A stretch of 64,000 bases of DNA from Candidatus Omnitrophota bacterium (GTDB lineage: Bacteria; Omnitrophota; Gorgyraeia; Gygaellales; Profunditerraquicolaceae), in assembly GCA_028712375.1 (NCBI GenBank), contig JAQTQG010000004.1, positions 5,303 to 69,302 on the forward strand, read 5' to 3'. The notes beneath the pieces were generated by a model. That model worked only from the letters and a program-made list of their open reading frames with translations, did not search any database and was not told the origin of the DNA. The translations under genes were made by a program, and so were the position numbers. Numbering within the stretch: the stretch's first letter is position 1; each line of letters begins with the position of its first letter. Of the stretch, positions 46,752 through 56,875 are shown piece by piece.

Positions 46752-47576
46752 ATGATTACGATTGAAGTAGATAAGAAAACCTGCGCCGGAGATGGCAAGT
46801 GTGTGGAAATTTGCCCGCTGCATATATTGAAGATGAATGAAAAAGAGCACATCCCGGAATTTATCCCGGATGGCGGAGAAATTTGTATTAATTGCGGGCA
46901 TTGTTTTGCGTTGTGCCCGCGCGCATCGATTAAACTTTCTACGATGGAGGTAAAAAATTCTATTGATTTAGATCTTGCTAAGTTACCCAAAGCTGAGCAG
47001 GTGGAGCTGTTTCTTAAAGGCCGGCGTTCAATCCGCAAATATAAGGATGAGCCGGTTGCCAAAGAATCAATAGAGAAACTTTTAGATATTGCCCGCTATG
47101 CCCCCTCCGGGATTAACCGCCAGCCGGTTAACTGGGCGGTGGTTACCGGTAAGAATAAAGTATATGATTTAGGGGGATTGGTAGTGGAGTGGATGGAGGG
47201 GCTCCTGAATGCTCAATCTCAGATGGCAATTTCTTTTCGTTTTGACCGCTTGGTCATCTCCTGGAAAAATGGGGAAGATTTGATTTGCCGCGGCGCGCCT
47301 TGTATTGTGATTGCTTACGGCCTTAAAGATGATCCGATGGTACCGCAATCATGCACGATCTCGGGGACATATCTTGAGCTGGCGGCATTCGGCCTGGGGC
47401 TTGGCGCCTGCTGGGCCGGTTATGTGCAGATGGCGATTAATATGTCAGATAAGGTAAGAGAATTTACCGGATTGCCTTCCCGCGCGATGGCCGGCGCGGT
47501 GATGATGATCGGGCATCCGAAATATCGTTATAGCCGCATACCCTTGCGTAATCCCGCAAAGATTGCTTGGAAGTAA
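46752..47576 (+). CDS. Nitroreductase-family protein with an N-terminal 2x[4Fe-4S] ferredoxin domain
   Basis: CAGDGKCVEICP and CINCGHCFALCP cluster motifs, followed by a nitroreductase fold (RRSIRKY...). Confidence 0.75.
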   Translation: MITIEVDKKTCAGDGKCVEICPLHILKMNEKEHIPEFIPDGGEICINCGHCFALCPRASIKLSTMEVKNSIDLDLAKLPKAEQVELFLKGRRSIRKYKDEPVAKESIEKLLDIARYAPSGINRQPVNWAVVTGKNKVYDLGGLVVEWMEGLLNAQSQMAISFRFDRLVISWKNGEDLICRGAPCIVIAYGLKDDPMVPQSCTISGTYLELAAFGLGLGACWAGYVQMAINMSDKVREFTGLPSRAMAGAVMMIGHPKYRYSRIPLRNPAKIAWK

Positions 47577-47642
47577 GCTGGCTTTTAAAGAAAATCAGAA
47601 AATATTCTAACCGGGGTAAAGAAAAGCGGGGAGGTTGAGGAA

Positions 47643-48317
47643 ATGAAAACTAAACTTTATTTAATTGCATTGATATTTACGGTATTTTTATTGCCGGGTT
47701 GTGCTTTTATTGATAAAGCCCGCCGGGCAGACAGTCTGGAATCAGAAAATGCCAATTTAAAAAACAGGATCGCCTGGCTGGAGAAACAAAAAGTAAAAGA
47801 GGTGCAGCAGGTGGCTCAAGAGAAAGATAAAGAGGTTTCTGAACTTGAGCGCGCCAAAAGAGAGCTGGAAGCGTCTTTGAAAAAAGAGATCGGAGATTAT
47901 AAAGCTAAGCTGCAGATGACCGAACGGGGGTTGGTGATTACTTTTGTCTCGGAGATATTCTTTGATTCCGGAAAAGATAAAGTAAAAGAAGACGGCAAAC
48001 AAACTTTGGCGAAAGTGGCGGAGGTTTTAAATAAAGAAGTGCCGGATTCCCAGGTGGCTGTGGAAGGGCATACGGATAACGACCCGATAAAACATTCCGG
48101 ATGGAAATCCAACTGGGAGCTTTCTTCTTCCCGGGCGTTAGCGGTATTGCATTATCTTATTGACCAATGCCAGGTCAATCCGCAGATGCTTTCGGCAAAT
48201 GGCTATGGGCAGTATCATCCGGTAGTGGATAATGACTCTCCGGAGAATAAGCGTAAAAACCGGCGGGTGGAGATTGTTATCCTGCCCTCGAAATTAAATA
48301 AAGTAAAGGCGGAATGA
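47643..48317 (+). CDS. OmpA/MotB-domain peptidoglycan-binding protein with coiled coil (lipoprotein-like)
   Basis: Signal peptide + LLPGC lipobox. Coiled coil. OmpA_C motif VEGHTDNDPI...NRRVEIVI. Confidence 0.7.
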   Translation: MKTKLYLIALIFTVFLLPGCAFIDKARRADSLESENANLKNRIAWLEKQKVKEVQQVAQEKDKEVSELERAKRELEASLKKEIGDYKAKLQMTERGLVITFVSEIFFDSGKDKVKEDGKQTLAKVAEVLNKEVPDSQVAVEGHTDNDPIKHSGWKSNWELSSSRALAVLHYLIDQCQVNPQMLSANGYGQYHPVVDNDSPENKRKNRRVEIVILPSKLNKVKAE

Positions 48318-48324
48318 TTTAAAA

Positions 48325-49083
48325 ATGTCTAAATATTATAACGGCAGAAGGACTAAAAACCTGTTTGACCCGGCCGGCAAAAGCCCTTTCAGGTTGAGCC
48401 GTTCTAAAATCGAATTATTCATTAACTGCCCGCGTTGTTTTTATCTGGACAGAAGATTGGGCGTAGGCCAGCCCCCGGGATTTCCGTTTGCTTTGAACTC
48501 CGCTGTAGATAAATTGCTTAAAAAAGAATTTGATTTATATAGAACCAGGCAAATAAGCCATCCGTTGATAGAGGCTTCCGGGATTAAGGCGGTGCCTTTT
48601 AAGCATGAAAAGCTGGAATATTGGCGGGATGCTTTGCGCGGCGGAATAGAATATCTGCATGTTCCGACCAATCTTTTGCTTACCGGCGGTATTGATGATG
48701 TCTGGGCCGGCCCGGATGGGCAGCTTTTTATTGTCGATTATAAGAGTACCTCTAAAGAGGAGGAGGTTTCTTTAGATGCGGATTGGCAGGTTTCTTATAA
48801 GAGGCAGATGGAAATTTATCAGTGGTTGTTCAGGAAAAACGGATTTAATGTTTCTTCCGTCGGGTATTTTGTGTACTGTAACGGGATTACGAATAAAGAC
48901 AAGTTTGATGCCCGCTTGGATTTTGATATAAAAATTATTCCTTATACAGGCGATGACGCCTGGCTTGAGCAAACAATTTCAGCAATGCATCAGTGTTTAA
49001 TCAGCCCGGTGGTTCCTGAATATAGCCCGGAATGTGATTATTGTATATATCATCAAGCGTTGAAGGAAGTTCAGGGTAAGTGA
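48325..49083 (+). CDS. PD-(D/E)XK nuclease, Cas4/RecB-like with 4-Cys cluster (no CRISPR context)
   Basis: N-terminal CPRC. Central IVDYKST (D..K core). C-terminal CDYC. Confidence 0.6.
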   Translation: MSKYYNGRRTKNLFDPAGKSPFRLSRSKIELFINCPRCFYLDRRLGVGQPPGFPFALNSAVDKLLKKEFDLYRTRQISHPLIEASGIKAVPFKHEKLEYWRDALRGGIEYLHVPTNLLLTGGIDDVWAGPDGQLFIVDYKSTSKEEEVSLDADWQVSYKRQMEIYQWLFRKNGFNVSSVGYFVYCNGITNKDKFDARLDFDIKIIPYTGDDAWLEQTISAMHQCLISPVVPEYSPECDYCIYHQALKEVQGK

Positions 49084-49135
49084 ATAGGCATTTGCTAGGA
49101 TAAGAATGCTATTAAGTTAATGATCGACAGAAGGA

Positions 49136-49501
49136 ATGAAAAATAAAGGAGGTTTAAATATGCGTATAGCGCGGATAATGAGTATTTTGGTTCTATCTTC
49201 TATGGTAATTAGTTCTGGGTGGGCAGCCGATAATGCCCAGAGCCAGAAAAAGATTTCCGGTAAGATCGTGGATGTGGATCACGCCGGTTCGATTATCACG
49301 GTGCGCTATGTTGACTCCGCCGGCTCGGTGGATGAAATTAATATTATTGTTCCTGATGATGCCGAAGTCCTCAATGGCACTAAAATAAAATCTTTTTATG
49401 ATGTGCAGCAGCTTGATCCGGTTGTTGTTACTTACTACGACGACGGGGTAAGCGGCCTAAAAGCGGTACGTATAGCTGATCTTAACCAGGCAAACAGGTA
49501 G
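49136..49501 (+). CDS. Hypothetical secreted protein
   Basis: Signal peptide (MRIARIMSILVLSSMVISSGWA). No family recognised. Confidence 0.4.
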   Translation: MKNKGGLNMRIARIMSILVLSSMVISSGWAADNAQSQKKISGKIVDVDHAGSIITVRYVDSAGSVDEINIIVPDDAEVLNGTKIKSFYDVQQLDPVVVTYYDDGVSGLKAVRIADLNQANR

Positions 49502-49539
49502 TTGGCGCAGTTAAGAATAATACGGTGATATAAAGTGCA

Positions 49540-50178
49540 TTGATTTACATTATGAAAAAATTGGCATTAAAGAATAAAAATACTATTAAAAAGCTCACCG
49601 GCCATGTCGCGAAATTGCTTAGGTGCAGGAAATGCCGGAAAATGTATCCGCCGGTTGTTAGCGGAGGGGCGGTAGCCAGTAAGATTTTATTGGTGGGGCA
49701 AGCGCCGGGGGACAAGGAGCCAAAACTCGGCCGGCCGTTTGCCTGGACTGCCGGCAAAACTCTGTTTGGCTGGTTTAATGCTGCCGCCGGGATAAGTGAA
49801 GCAGAATTTCGCGCCGGGATATATATGGCCGCGGTATGCCGCTGTTTTCCCGGGAAAAATCCTGCCGGCGGAGACCGGGTTCCTTCGCCACGGGAAATAT
49901 TAAACTGTTCTACCTGGCTTAAACAGGAGATAGATATTCTTAAGCCATCTTTAGTGATCCCGGTCGGCAAATTGGCGATTGCCCAGTTTATCCCATTACA
50001 AAAACTTGACCAGATTATCGGAGAAAAATTTACAGTTACTTACTCCGGGCACGCTTTTGATCTTATTCCCTTGCCGCATCCCTCAGGCGCTTCACCCTGG
50101 CACCGTAAAGAGCCGGGTAAAAGTTTACTTAAGAAAGCTTTAAAACGGATTATTAAACATCCTGCATTTAAACGATGA
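49540..50178 (+). CDS. Uracil-DNA glycosylase superfamily protein (family 4/5-like)
   Basis: GQAPGDKE...FAWTAGK and C-terminal HPSGAS motifs. Confidence 0.65.
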   Translation: MIYIMKKLALKNKNTIKKLTGHVAKLLRCRKCRKMYPPVVSGGAVASKILLVGQAPGDKEPKLGRPFAWTAGKTLFGWFNAAAGISEAEFRAGIYMAAVCRCFPGKNPAGGDRVPSPREILNCSTWLKQEIDILKPSLVIPVGKLAIAQFIPLQKLDQIIGEKFTVTYSGHAFDLIPLPHPSGASPWHRKEPGKSLLKKALKRIIKHPAFKR

Positions 50179-50245
50179 GGATTTATTGTTGTTCGGTTAT
50201 CCGCCGGCGTTTCAGTGGCGGATAAATTTAAAAGAGGTTAAAGAT

Positions 50246-50452
50246 ATGGATTTTAAACTTAAATCTGAATTTATTGAGTTGGATAATTTACTGAAAGTAA
50301 CGGAGTTGGTATCCAGCGGAGCAGAAGCTAAACAGTATATTCAGTCAGGCCAGGTGAAAGTCAACGCCCAGGCCGAAAACCGTATCCGCCGCAAACTGCG
50401 CGCAGGAGATATTGTAGAATTCCGGCAGCAACAAATTAGTGTTATAAAGTAA
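50246..50452 (+). CDS. S4-domain RNA-binding protein (YaaA-like)
   Basis: ATG at 50246 after AAAGAGG. Short S4-like fold (VKVNAQAENRIRRKLRAGDIVEF). The track lists a longer frame from 50186. Confidence 0.55.
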   Translation: MDFKLKSEFIELDNLLKVTELVSSGAEAKQYIQSGQVKVNAQAENRIRRKLRAGDIVEFRQQQISVIK

Positions 50453-50595
50453 CAAGCAGGCAGATGCCGCTTCGTTTGTAATCTTGGGAATAACCGGTTT
50501 TTTAAAACCCCGAATTTTCTTGTAAATCTCTCCCGCAAGCCGTATAATAAATATCAATCAATATTATAACTCGCCTGGAATATAGAGGAGCAACA

Positions 50596-51009
50596 ATGAT
50601 AGAAATGGAATTAAATAAAATCGTGATTGACGAAAAAAGGCACGATCAGTTGATTGCCTTAAAAGAAAAAGGCGGCTCCAGGGTTTTACCGATTGTAATC
50701 GGCTTAAATGAAGCCTCGGCTATAAAATTAAAGATCAGCGGCTTTAATCCTCCGCGGCCGTTGACCCATGATTTGATCTTTATGATTATTAAAGAGCTTG
50801 AAGCAACTGTAGAGAAGGTGGTTATTGATAAGCTGCAGGAGAATACTTTTTTTGCCAAAATTGTTATTAAGACTGTTTCCGGGGAGTTAAAGACGGTTGA
50901 TGCCCGGCCAAGTGACAGTATTGCCCTGGCAGTAAGGTTTCATGCGCCAATCCTGGTTGATGATGAGATTATCCGGCAGTATGAACTGTTTAATAAAGAG
51001 AAGCAGTGA
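50596..51009 (+). CDS. Bifunctional nuclease family protein (DUF151/BFN)
   Basis: Pattern RVLPIVIGLNEASAI...RPLTHDL typical of DUF151. Confidence 0.7.
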   Translation: MIEMELNKIVIDEKRHDQLIALKEKGGSRVLPIVIGLNEASAIKLKISGFNPPRPLTHDLIFMIIKELEATVEKVVIDKLQENTFFAKIVIKTVSGELKTVDARPSDSIALAVRFHAPILVDDEIIRQYELFNKEKQ

Positions 51010-51084
51010 CCCCTGCTGTTTAACCATAAAAAATTTTTAGTTTAATTTTTTATGTATGATGGGATTCACTGGATTTAAATCAAG

Positions 51085-52530
51085 GTGCTCAAATTTAGCC
51101 TAAAAGATCAAAGTGTCCTAAACCCCATTTATAATTTTGCTAAAACCAAGAAAGTAAAATTATATTTAGTGGGCGGAGCCCTGCGGGATTTAATTCTGGG
51201 CAGGGGTAAAGAAAATCCGGATTTTGACTTTTGCCTGAAATCCGGAGCTTTAAAGTTTGGCGAGAAGCTGGCTTGTCAGTTAAGGTGTGCTTTTGTGGTG
51301 CTGGATGAAGAGCACGCTGCCTGCCGTTTAGTTAAAAAAATAGACCAGAAGATTTATACTTTCGATTTTTCGGATTTTCGCGCGGCCACTTTGGAAAAAG
51401 ACCTGCTGCACCGCGATTTTACGATAAACTCCATGGCCTTGGCTTTGCAGGATGTGTTTGGCCGGCAGGATTTAAATACCCTGATTGTCGACCCGTATTC
51501 CGGCAGGGTGGATTTGGCAGCCGGAATAATTAAAGTGACCGGCGCGGGTTCTTTTAAAGAGGATCCGTTAAGGATATTGCGGGCTTTTAGTTTTAGCTGC
51601 CTGCTTGGTTTTGCCCTGGACAAAGAAACATTACGCCTGGCAAAAAAAGAAAAGGATAAGATCCGCTTGGTATCCAGCGAGCGCGTCCGCGAAGAATTGT
51701 TTAAGATTCTGGACAGCTCTATGGCGTATACCTGTTTAGTTAACCTGGATAAATTAAAGATCCTGGAAATTATCTTTCCGGAGATTAAGCCGATGCGCAG
51801 GATCGGCCAGGGGCCATACCATCACCTGGATGTCTGGCAGCATACCTTGGAAACTTTGAGCCAGTTTGAATTAATTATCCAGTGGGCCAAAAAAACTCCC
51901 GGTATATATAATTATTTGCAGGAAGAGATTGCCGGCCTGCGCAAAAGATCCAGCCTTCTCAAGTTAGCCTGTATCCTGCATGACGTAGGTAAGCCAAAAT
52001 CACTGCGCCGGGAAAAAGGTAAAATTATTTTTCACGGGCATGAGCGGATAGGGCTGGGTTTGACGCGCGTAATTTCACGCCGTTTAAAATTATCTAATGA
52101 AGAATGCCGCCATTTAGAAAGAATTGTGTTATGGCATTTAAGGCCGGGGTATCTGGCGGATAATCCCCGTCCCACCGCCCGGGCGATTTTCCGTTATTTT
52201 CGGGATACCGGCACTGACGCGCTTGCCGTGCTTTTGTTATCTCTGGCCGATCAGCGTGCCACTAAAGGGCCGTTGACTACAGCGCTTTCCCGCCTGCGCC
52301 ATGAGAAAACAGTTAAAGCTTTGATCCGCAAGTTATTAAAGAAAAATGACGAAAAAAAACCGGTCCGTTATTTGAATGGCAACGATCTTATGCATAGATT
52401 TAAATTGCCGGCTTCGCCTTTGATCGGGAAGCTTCTGGCAGAGCTGGAAGAGGCGCAAGCTATCGGTAAGATTAAAAATAAAAAAGAAGCCTGGCAGTTA
52501 GCCGCTAAATTAGCCACCAACCGCAAATGA
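51085..52530 (+). CDS. CCA tRNA nucleotidyltransferase / poly(A)-polymerase-family enzyme with HD domain
   Basis: PolyA_pol head LVGGALRDLILGR and an HD motif (ILHDVGK). Confidence 0.8.
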   Translation: MLKFSLKDQSVLNPIYNFAKTKKVKLYLVGGALRDLILGRGKENPDFDFCLKSGALKFGEKLACQLRCAFVVLDEEHAACRLVKKIDQKIYTFDFSDFRAATLEKDLLHRDFTINSMALALQDVFGRQDLNTLIVDPYSGRVDLAAGIIKVTGAGSFKEDPLRILRAFSFSCLLGFALDKETLRLAKKEKDKIRLVSSERVREELFKILDSSMAYTCLVNLDKLKILEIIFPEIKPMRRIGQGPYHHLDVWQHTLETLSQFELIIQWAKKTPGIYNYLQEEIAGLRKRSSLLKLACILHDVGKPKSLRREKGKIIFHGHERIGLGLTRVISRRLKLSNEECRHLERIVLWHLRPGYLADNPRPTARAIFRYFRDTGTDALAVLLLSLADQRATKGPLTTALSRLRHEKTVKALIRKLLKKNDEKKPVRYLNGNDLMHRFKLPASPLIGKLLAELEEAQAIGKIKNKKEAWQLAAKLATNRK

Positions 52531-54959
52531 AGAAGTTTATTATAGCTTTTTCCATCCTACTTTTAATTATTTCCGGCGTTACGGTATATTTAAATAAAGT
52601 TCTTTTACCGAAAAAGATTAAAGCGCTGATTATTTCCACCTTGACTGAACAGACCGGCAAGCATGTCACTCTGAAATCCCTGGAGTTTAGCATTTTCAGG
52701 GGGCTGGTCTTGCGTGACCTGGTGATTTCTGACGGGGAAAAAGTAATTTTAAGTACGCGCCAGGCAACCTGCACGGTTTTTATCTGGCCGATTTTTAAAA
52801 AGCAGATCATTATCCCCAGCGTTAATTTTAAAGCCCCGTATATTTTTATCCAGCGCCGGGCGGATAACAGCTTTAACCTGCAGGATTTTTTTGTTTTAAC
52901 TAAACCCGCCGCTAAAAAATCCGATTTTAGCGTCGCGGTTTTTAAGCTTGTCATTTCTAGCGGGAATATTGCTTTCCAGGATGATGCTGTGGCCGGCGGT
53001 TTTAAAAAAGAACTCCGCAATATCCAGCTTAATCTGCATTTGGGCCTGCCGGTAAAGCTTAAGTTTAATCTTGCAGCAGAGCTAGCCGGCCAGCCGGCAG
53101 CTTTTATTAATGCCTCCGGAGAATATAAAATCCTGAATCGTGAGTTAACCGGCGAGTTTAATCTTAAGAATTTGTCGATACAGGAGTTGGGCGCTTATAG
53201 TAATTTAGGAGATATGATTTCAGGGTTAGTGAATCTGCAGGGGCAGGTAAATCTCAAAAACCAGCTGCTGCAGGTTAATCTATCCGCCGGGGGGCAGGGG
53301 TTTATTTTTACCAAGGAAGATTTAAAGGCCAAACTAGACTCTACCTTACAAAGCAAGATCAACTATAACCTGGATACTAAAAAACTGGAGTTTAATGGTA
53401 TTTGCGATATTCAAAAAGCAGATATTGCCGGATTGGAGTTCTTGGGCCAAGTAAAAAATTTAAATGGTAAATTTGTTTTTGATCAGCGTTCTCTGGTTGC
53501 CGACAGCTTAAAGGCTGAATTAATGGGGCTGCCTTTTAAGGTTAATCTGGGGATTAAAGATTTTAGCACCCGGGTGCTCAATATAAGTACGGATTTTGAT
53601 TTAAGCATCCTGCCGGCTGTGGCTAAAGAAAAATTTAATTTTTCCGGGATTACTTCATCCGGCGGCAGCGCGGTTTTATCCGTAAAGTTGCATCCGGATA
53701 ATCAGGGGTCCTGGGTAGTTCAGGGGGACCTGGGTGTCACCGGGGCGACTCTAAAGCTGGATAAGATAGAAGGTTTGTTCGAAGATATCCGCGCCACCCT
53801 GGAGTTTAGCAAGCAGGGTTTAAGTTGGAAAGATACGAAGTTCAGGTATAAAGGGATAAGTTATCAGACCGGCGGGACGCTTTCGAATTTTACCGCCCCC
53901 CAGATTAAAGCCAGATTTTCTTCCGACGATTTATCTTTAACCGGGGACCTTAATTTGTCAGGAAAAAGAATTAAGATCGTTCAGCTTAAAGGAAAATACC
54001 TGGATTCGCAGTTTTTAGTCAGTGGTGATATTGATCAGTCTGATCCGGCTAAGCTGCAGGCGGCTTTGACCGGAAGCGTTAATCTGGAACTGAGCAATTT
54101 AAATAAGCTGCTGGAAAAAATATACCCGGCGGTTAAAACAATCTCTCCCGCGGGCCAATTGGATACACAGTTTAGTTTAAGCGGCCCGATTGCGGATTTT
54201 AAAAACTGTTATCTGCAGGTAAAGTCGACCAGCAGTAATTTATCTTTATACGGTTTGAAAGTCACGGATTTATCTTTAGGTATTTTGCTGGAGCAGGCAA
54301 TTGCTAAAATTACCGCTGTTGATATTACTTTCTATGACGGAGTAATTCAGGGGTCGGGCGCGTTAAATCTGAGTACCAAGGATTTAGCTTATCAGCTGGA
54401 ATTAAAGGCTAGCGGAATTGATTTAGGGAAGCTTAAGCTGGATACGCCGTCGAAAAATAAAAATATTTCGGGAACTTTTGTGGGAGAGGTTAAGCTTAAT
54501 GGGGCAGGCAGTAATTTAGATAGTTTGGATGCCGCCGGCAGCTTTGCCGTCAGCCACGGGAGACTGGGTGAGTTAAATCTGCTCCAGGGGTTAGGAAAAC
54601 TGCTTTTGGCTAAAGACCTGGCCAGTATTGAATTTACAGGATGTAGTTGTGATTTTTTATTAAAAAATAAATTTATTTATACGGACCGTTTCAAAATACA
54701 TAGTAATATCGTTAATTTGACCGGCCCCGTAAAAATTGGTTTTGATAATTCATTAGAAGGGGCTTTAGACGTGGAGATATTAAGTGAAATGATCCCCTTG
54801 GATGGCACATTTAAGGATGTGACTACGGCCATTATCGGTAAGGGCGGTAAGTTTGGCGTAATCAAGTTAAGCGGCTCCTTGAGCGAACCGAAATATTCAT
54901 TTAAAACAGCGGTTGGCAGTATTATTCAAGGGTTGACAAACATGATCTTTAAAAAATAA
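52527..54959 (+). CDS. AsmA-family protein (outer-membrane assembly)
   Basis: 810 aa. N-terminal TM anchor. Long beta-rich repetitive region. AsmA-like organisation. Confidence 0.55.
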   Translation: MKKFIIAFSILLLIISGVTVYLNKVLLPKKIKALIISTLTEQTGKHVTLKSLEFSIFRGLVLRDLVISDGEKVILSTRQATCTVFIWPIFKKQIIIPSVNFKAPYIFIQRRADNSFNLQDFFVLTKPAAKKSDFSVAVFKLVISSGNIAFQDDAVAGGFKKELRNIQLNLHLGLPVKLKFNLAAELAGQPAAFINASGEYKILNRELTGEFNLKNLSIQELGAYSNLGDMISGLVNLQGQVNLKNQLLQVNLSAGGQGFIFTKEDLKAKLDSTLQSKINYNLDTKKLEFNGICDIQKADIAGLEFLGQVKNLNGKFVFDQRSLVADSLKAELMGLPFKVNLGIKDFSTRVLNISTDFDLSILPAVAKEKFNFSGITSSGGSAVLSVKLHPDNQGSWVVQGDLGVTGATLKLDKIEGLFEDIRATLEFSKQGLSWKDTKFRYKGISYQTGGTLSNFTAPQIKARFSSDDLSLTGDLNLSGKRIKIVQLKGKYLDSQFLVSGDIDQSDPAKLQAALTGSVNLELSNLNKLLEKIYPAVKTISPAGQLDTQFSLSGPIADFKNCYLQVKSTSSNLSLYGLKVTDLSLGILLEQAIAKITAVDITFYDGVIQGSGALNLSTKDLAYQLELKASGIDLGKLKLDTPSKNKNISGTFVGEVKLNGAGSNLDSLDAAGSFAVSHGRLGELNLLQGLGKLLLAKDLASIEFTGCSCDFLLKNKFIYTDRFKIHSNIVNLTGPVKIGFDNSLEGALDVEILSEMIPLDGTFKDVTTAIIGKGGKFGVIKLSGSLSEPKYSFKTAVGSIIQGLTNMIFKK

Positions 54960-54988
54960 AGCCTACTGACAAATAATAAGGAGAGAAT

Positions 54989-56383
54989 ATGCTGACCAGA
55001 AAGATCCTGCTTGCAGAAAAAGATATCCCCAGGCAATGGTATAATCTAGCTGCGGATTTGCCTACTCCCATGCAGCCGCCTTTGGGTCCGGATGGGAGTG
55101 CGCTTTCGCCTGAAATGCTGGAGCGGATTTTCCCCGCCAATATCATTGAGCAGGAGGTTTCCACTTCTCGTTGGATTAAAATCCCTGAAGAGATCCTGGA
55201 TATCCTGACTTTATGGAGGCCTGCGCCGCTGCGCCGGGCTTTAGCGTTAGAAAAGTATTTAAAAACACCGGCGCGTATTTACTACAAGGATGAAAGTGTA
55301 AGCCCTGCCGGCAGTCATAAGCCTAATACTGCCGTAGCCCAGGCTTGGTATAATAAAAAGTTCGGGATCAAAAGATTGACCACGGAAACCGGAGCCGGGC
55401 AATGGGGTTCGGCTTTGGCGTTTGCCTGTAATTTGATCGGGCTTAAATGCCGGGTTTATATGGTGCGGATTAGTTTTGATCAGAAACCGATGCGTAAAAC
55501 TATGATGCAGACCTGGGGGGCGGAATGTGTGGCCAGCCCCAGCCCTTATACGCGGGCCGGACGGGCAATCCTTAAAGAAATGCCGCATACTCCCGGAAGC
55601 TTAGGGATTGCCATCAGTGAGGCAGTCGAAGATGCGTTGTCTGATAAAAGCGGTAAATCCCGCTATACTTTAGGCAGCGTGCTTAACCATGTTTTATTGC
55701 ACCAAACGATTATCGGCTTAGAAGCGAAAAAACAGTTAAAGATTGCGCAAGAGAAAAAGCCGGACGTGGTGATTGGTTGTGTCGGCGGAGGAAGCAATTT
55801 CGCGGGAATCGCCTTTCCTTTTATTTACGATAAAATTAACGGTGACAAAATTGAAATAATTCCGGTGGAGCCGACAGCCTGCCCGACATTGACCAAGGGC
55901 CCGTTTGCTTATGACTTTGGGGATATCGCCGGGCTTACTCCGTTACTGCCGATGTATACGCTGGGGCATAGGTTTGTGCCGGAACCGATCCATGCCGGCG
56001 GATTACGTTATCACGGGATGGCGCCTTTGGTCAGCCAGGCGGCAGTGGAGGGTTTAATTAAGCCGCGGGCTTTTGATCAAATCAAATGTTATGAATCAGC
56101 TTTGCTTTGGGCAAAAACTGAAGGGACCATTCCGGCTCCGGAGACATCACATGCGATTGCCTGCGCTATTGATGAAGCAAAAAAAGCCAAGCAGGAAGGA
56201 AAGCAGAAGGTAATTTTGTTTTGTTACAGCGGGCACGGATTAATGGATCTGGCCGGTTATGATAAATTCCTTTCCGGTAAGCTTACCGCTTATTCTTTGC
56301 CGAAACATAAGATTCAGGATTCGTTATGCGCTTTGAAAAAATTCCCCCGCCCCAAAAAAGTAAAAACCGGGAGATGGCAATGA
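54989..56383 (+). CDS. TrpB-like PLP-dependent enzyme (tryptophan synthase beta, TrpB2-type)
   Basis: PLP-lysine region [21 protein letters not shown] glycine loop. Confidence 0.8.
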   Translation: MLTRKILLAEKDIPRQWYNLAADLPTPMQPPLGPDGSALSPEMLERIFPANIIEQEVSTSRWIKIPEEILDILTLWRPAPLRRALALEKYLKTPARIYYKDESVSPAGSHKPNTAVAQAWYNKKFGIKRLTTETGAGQWGSALAFACNLIGLKCRVYMVRISFDQKPMRKTMMQTWGAECVASPSPYTRAGRAILKEMPHTPGSLGIAISEAVEDALSDKSGKSRYTLGSVLNHVLLHQTIIGLEAKKQLKIAQEKKPDVVIGCVGGGSNFAGIAFPFIYDKINGDKIEIIPVEPTACPTLTKGPFAYDFGDIAGLTPLLPMYTLGHRFVPEPIHAGGLRYHGMAPLVSQAAVEGLIKPRAFDQIKCYESALLWAKTEGTIPAPETSHAIACAIDEAKKAKQEGKQKVILFCYSGHGLMDLAGYDKFLSGKLTAYSLPKHKIQDSLCALKKFPRPKKVKTGRWQ

Positions 56384-56796
56384 AAGTTTATACTCAGGAA
56401 CTAATTTTTAATACCGCCCAGCGCCAGGAGTTCATTAATATTACCGATCAGGTGCAGGAAGCTTTAGCCAAAAGCGGGATTAGAGAAGGACTTTGCCTGG
56501 TTAATCCTATGCATATTACTGCCAGTGTTTTTATCAATGATGATGAAAGCGGCCTGCATCAGGATTTTTCTATATGGCTTGAGAAATTAGCGCCGTTTGG
56601 AAAAGATAAATATAAACATAACCTGACCGGTGAGGATAACGCGGATGCGCACCTGAAGCGTACGCTTATGGGCAGGGAGGTGGTCGTGGCGGTAACCGGC
56701 GGTAAATTACATTTTGGCCCCTGGGAGCAGATTTTCTACGGAGAGTTTGACGGCCAGCGGAAGAAAAGAGTGCTGATAAAAATAATCGGAGAATAA
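56380..56796 (+). CDS. YjbQ/UPF0047 family protein (secondary thiamine-phosphate synthase-like)
   Basis: [10 protein letters not shown]...HITASV...MGREVVV pattern. ATG at 56380 overlaps the TrpB-like stop. The track start is 56326. Confidence 0.7.
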   Translation: MKVYTQELIFNTAQRQEFINITDQVQEALAKSGIREGLCLVNPMHITASVFINDDESGLHQDFSIWLEKLAPFGKDKYKHNLTGEDNADAHLKRTLMGREVVVAVTGGKLHFGPWEQIFYGEFDGQRKKRVLIKIIGE

Positions 56797-56875
56797 AAAA
56801 TTCGCGCTTGTTTCTATGAATAAATTTGCTTAGGCAGAACCAGAAATAACCTTATAAGGGTTAAATTGTGATTAA

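Noticed and set aside
52505-53020. 171-aa minus-strand ORF overlapping the CCA-enzyme end and AsmA-like start
   Set aside because: Overlaps two co-directional + strand genes that have clear domain signatures. The product is unrecognisable.
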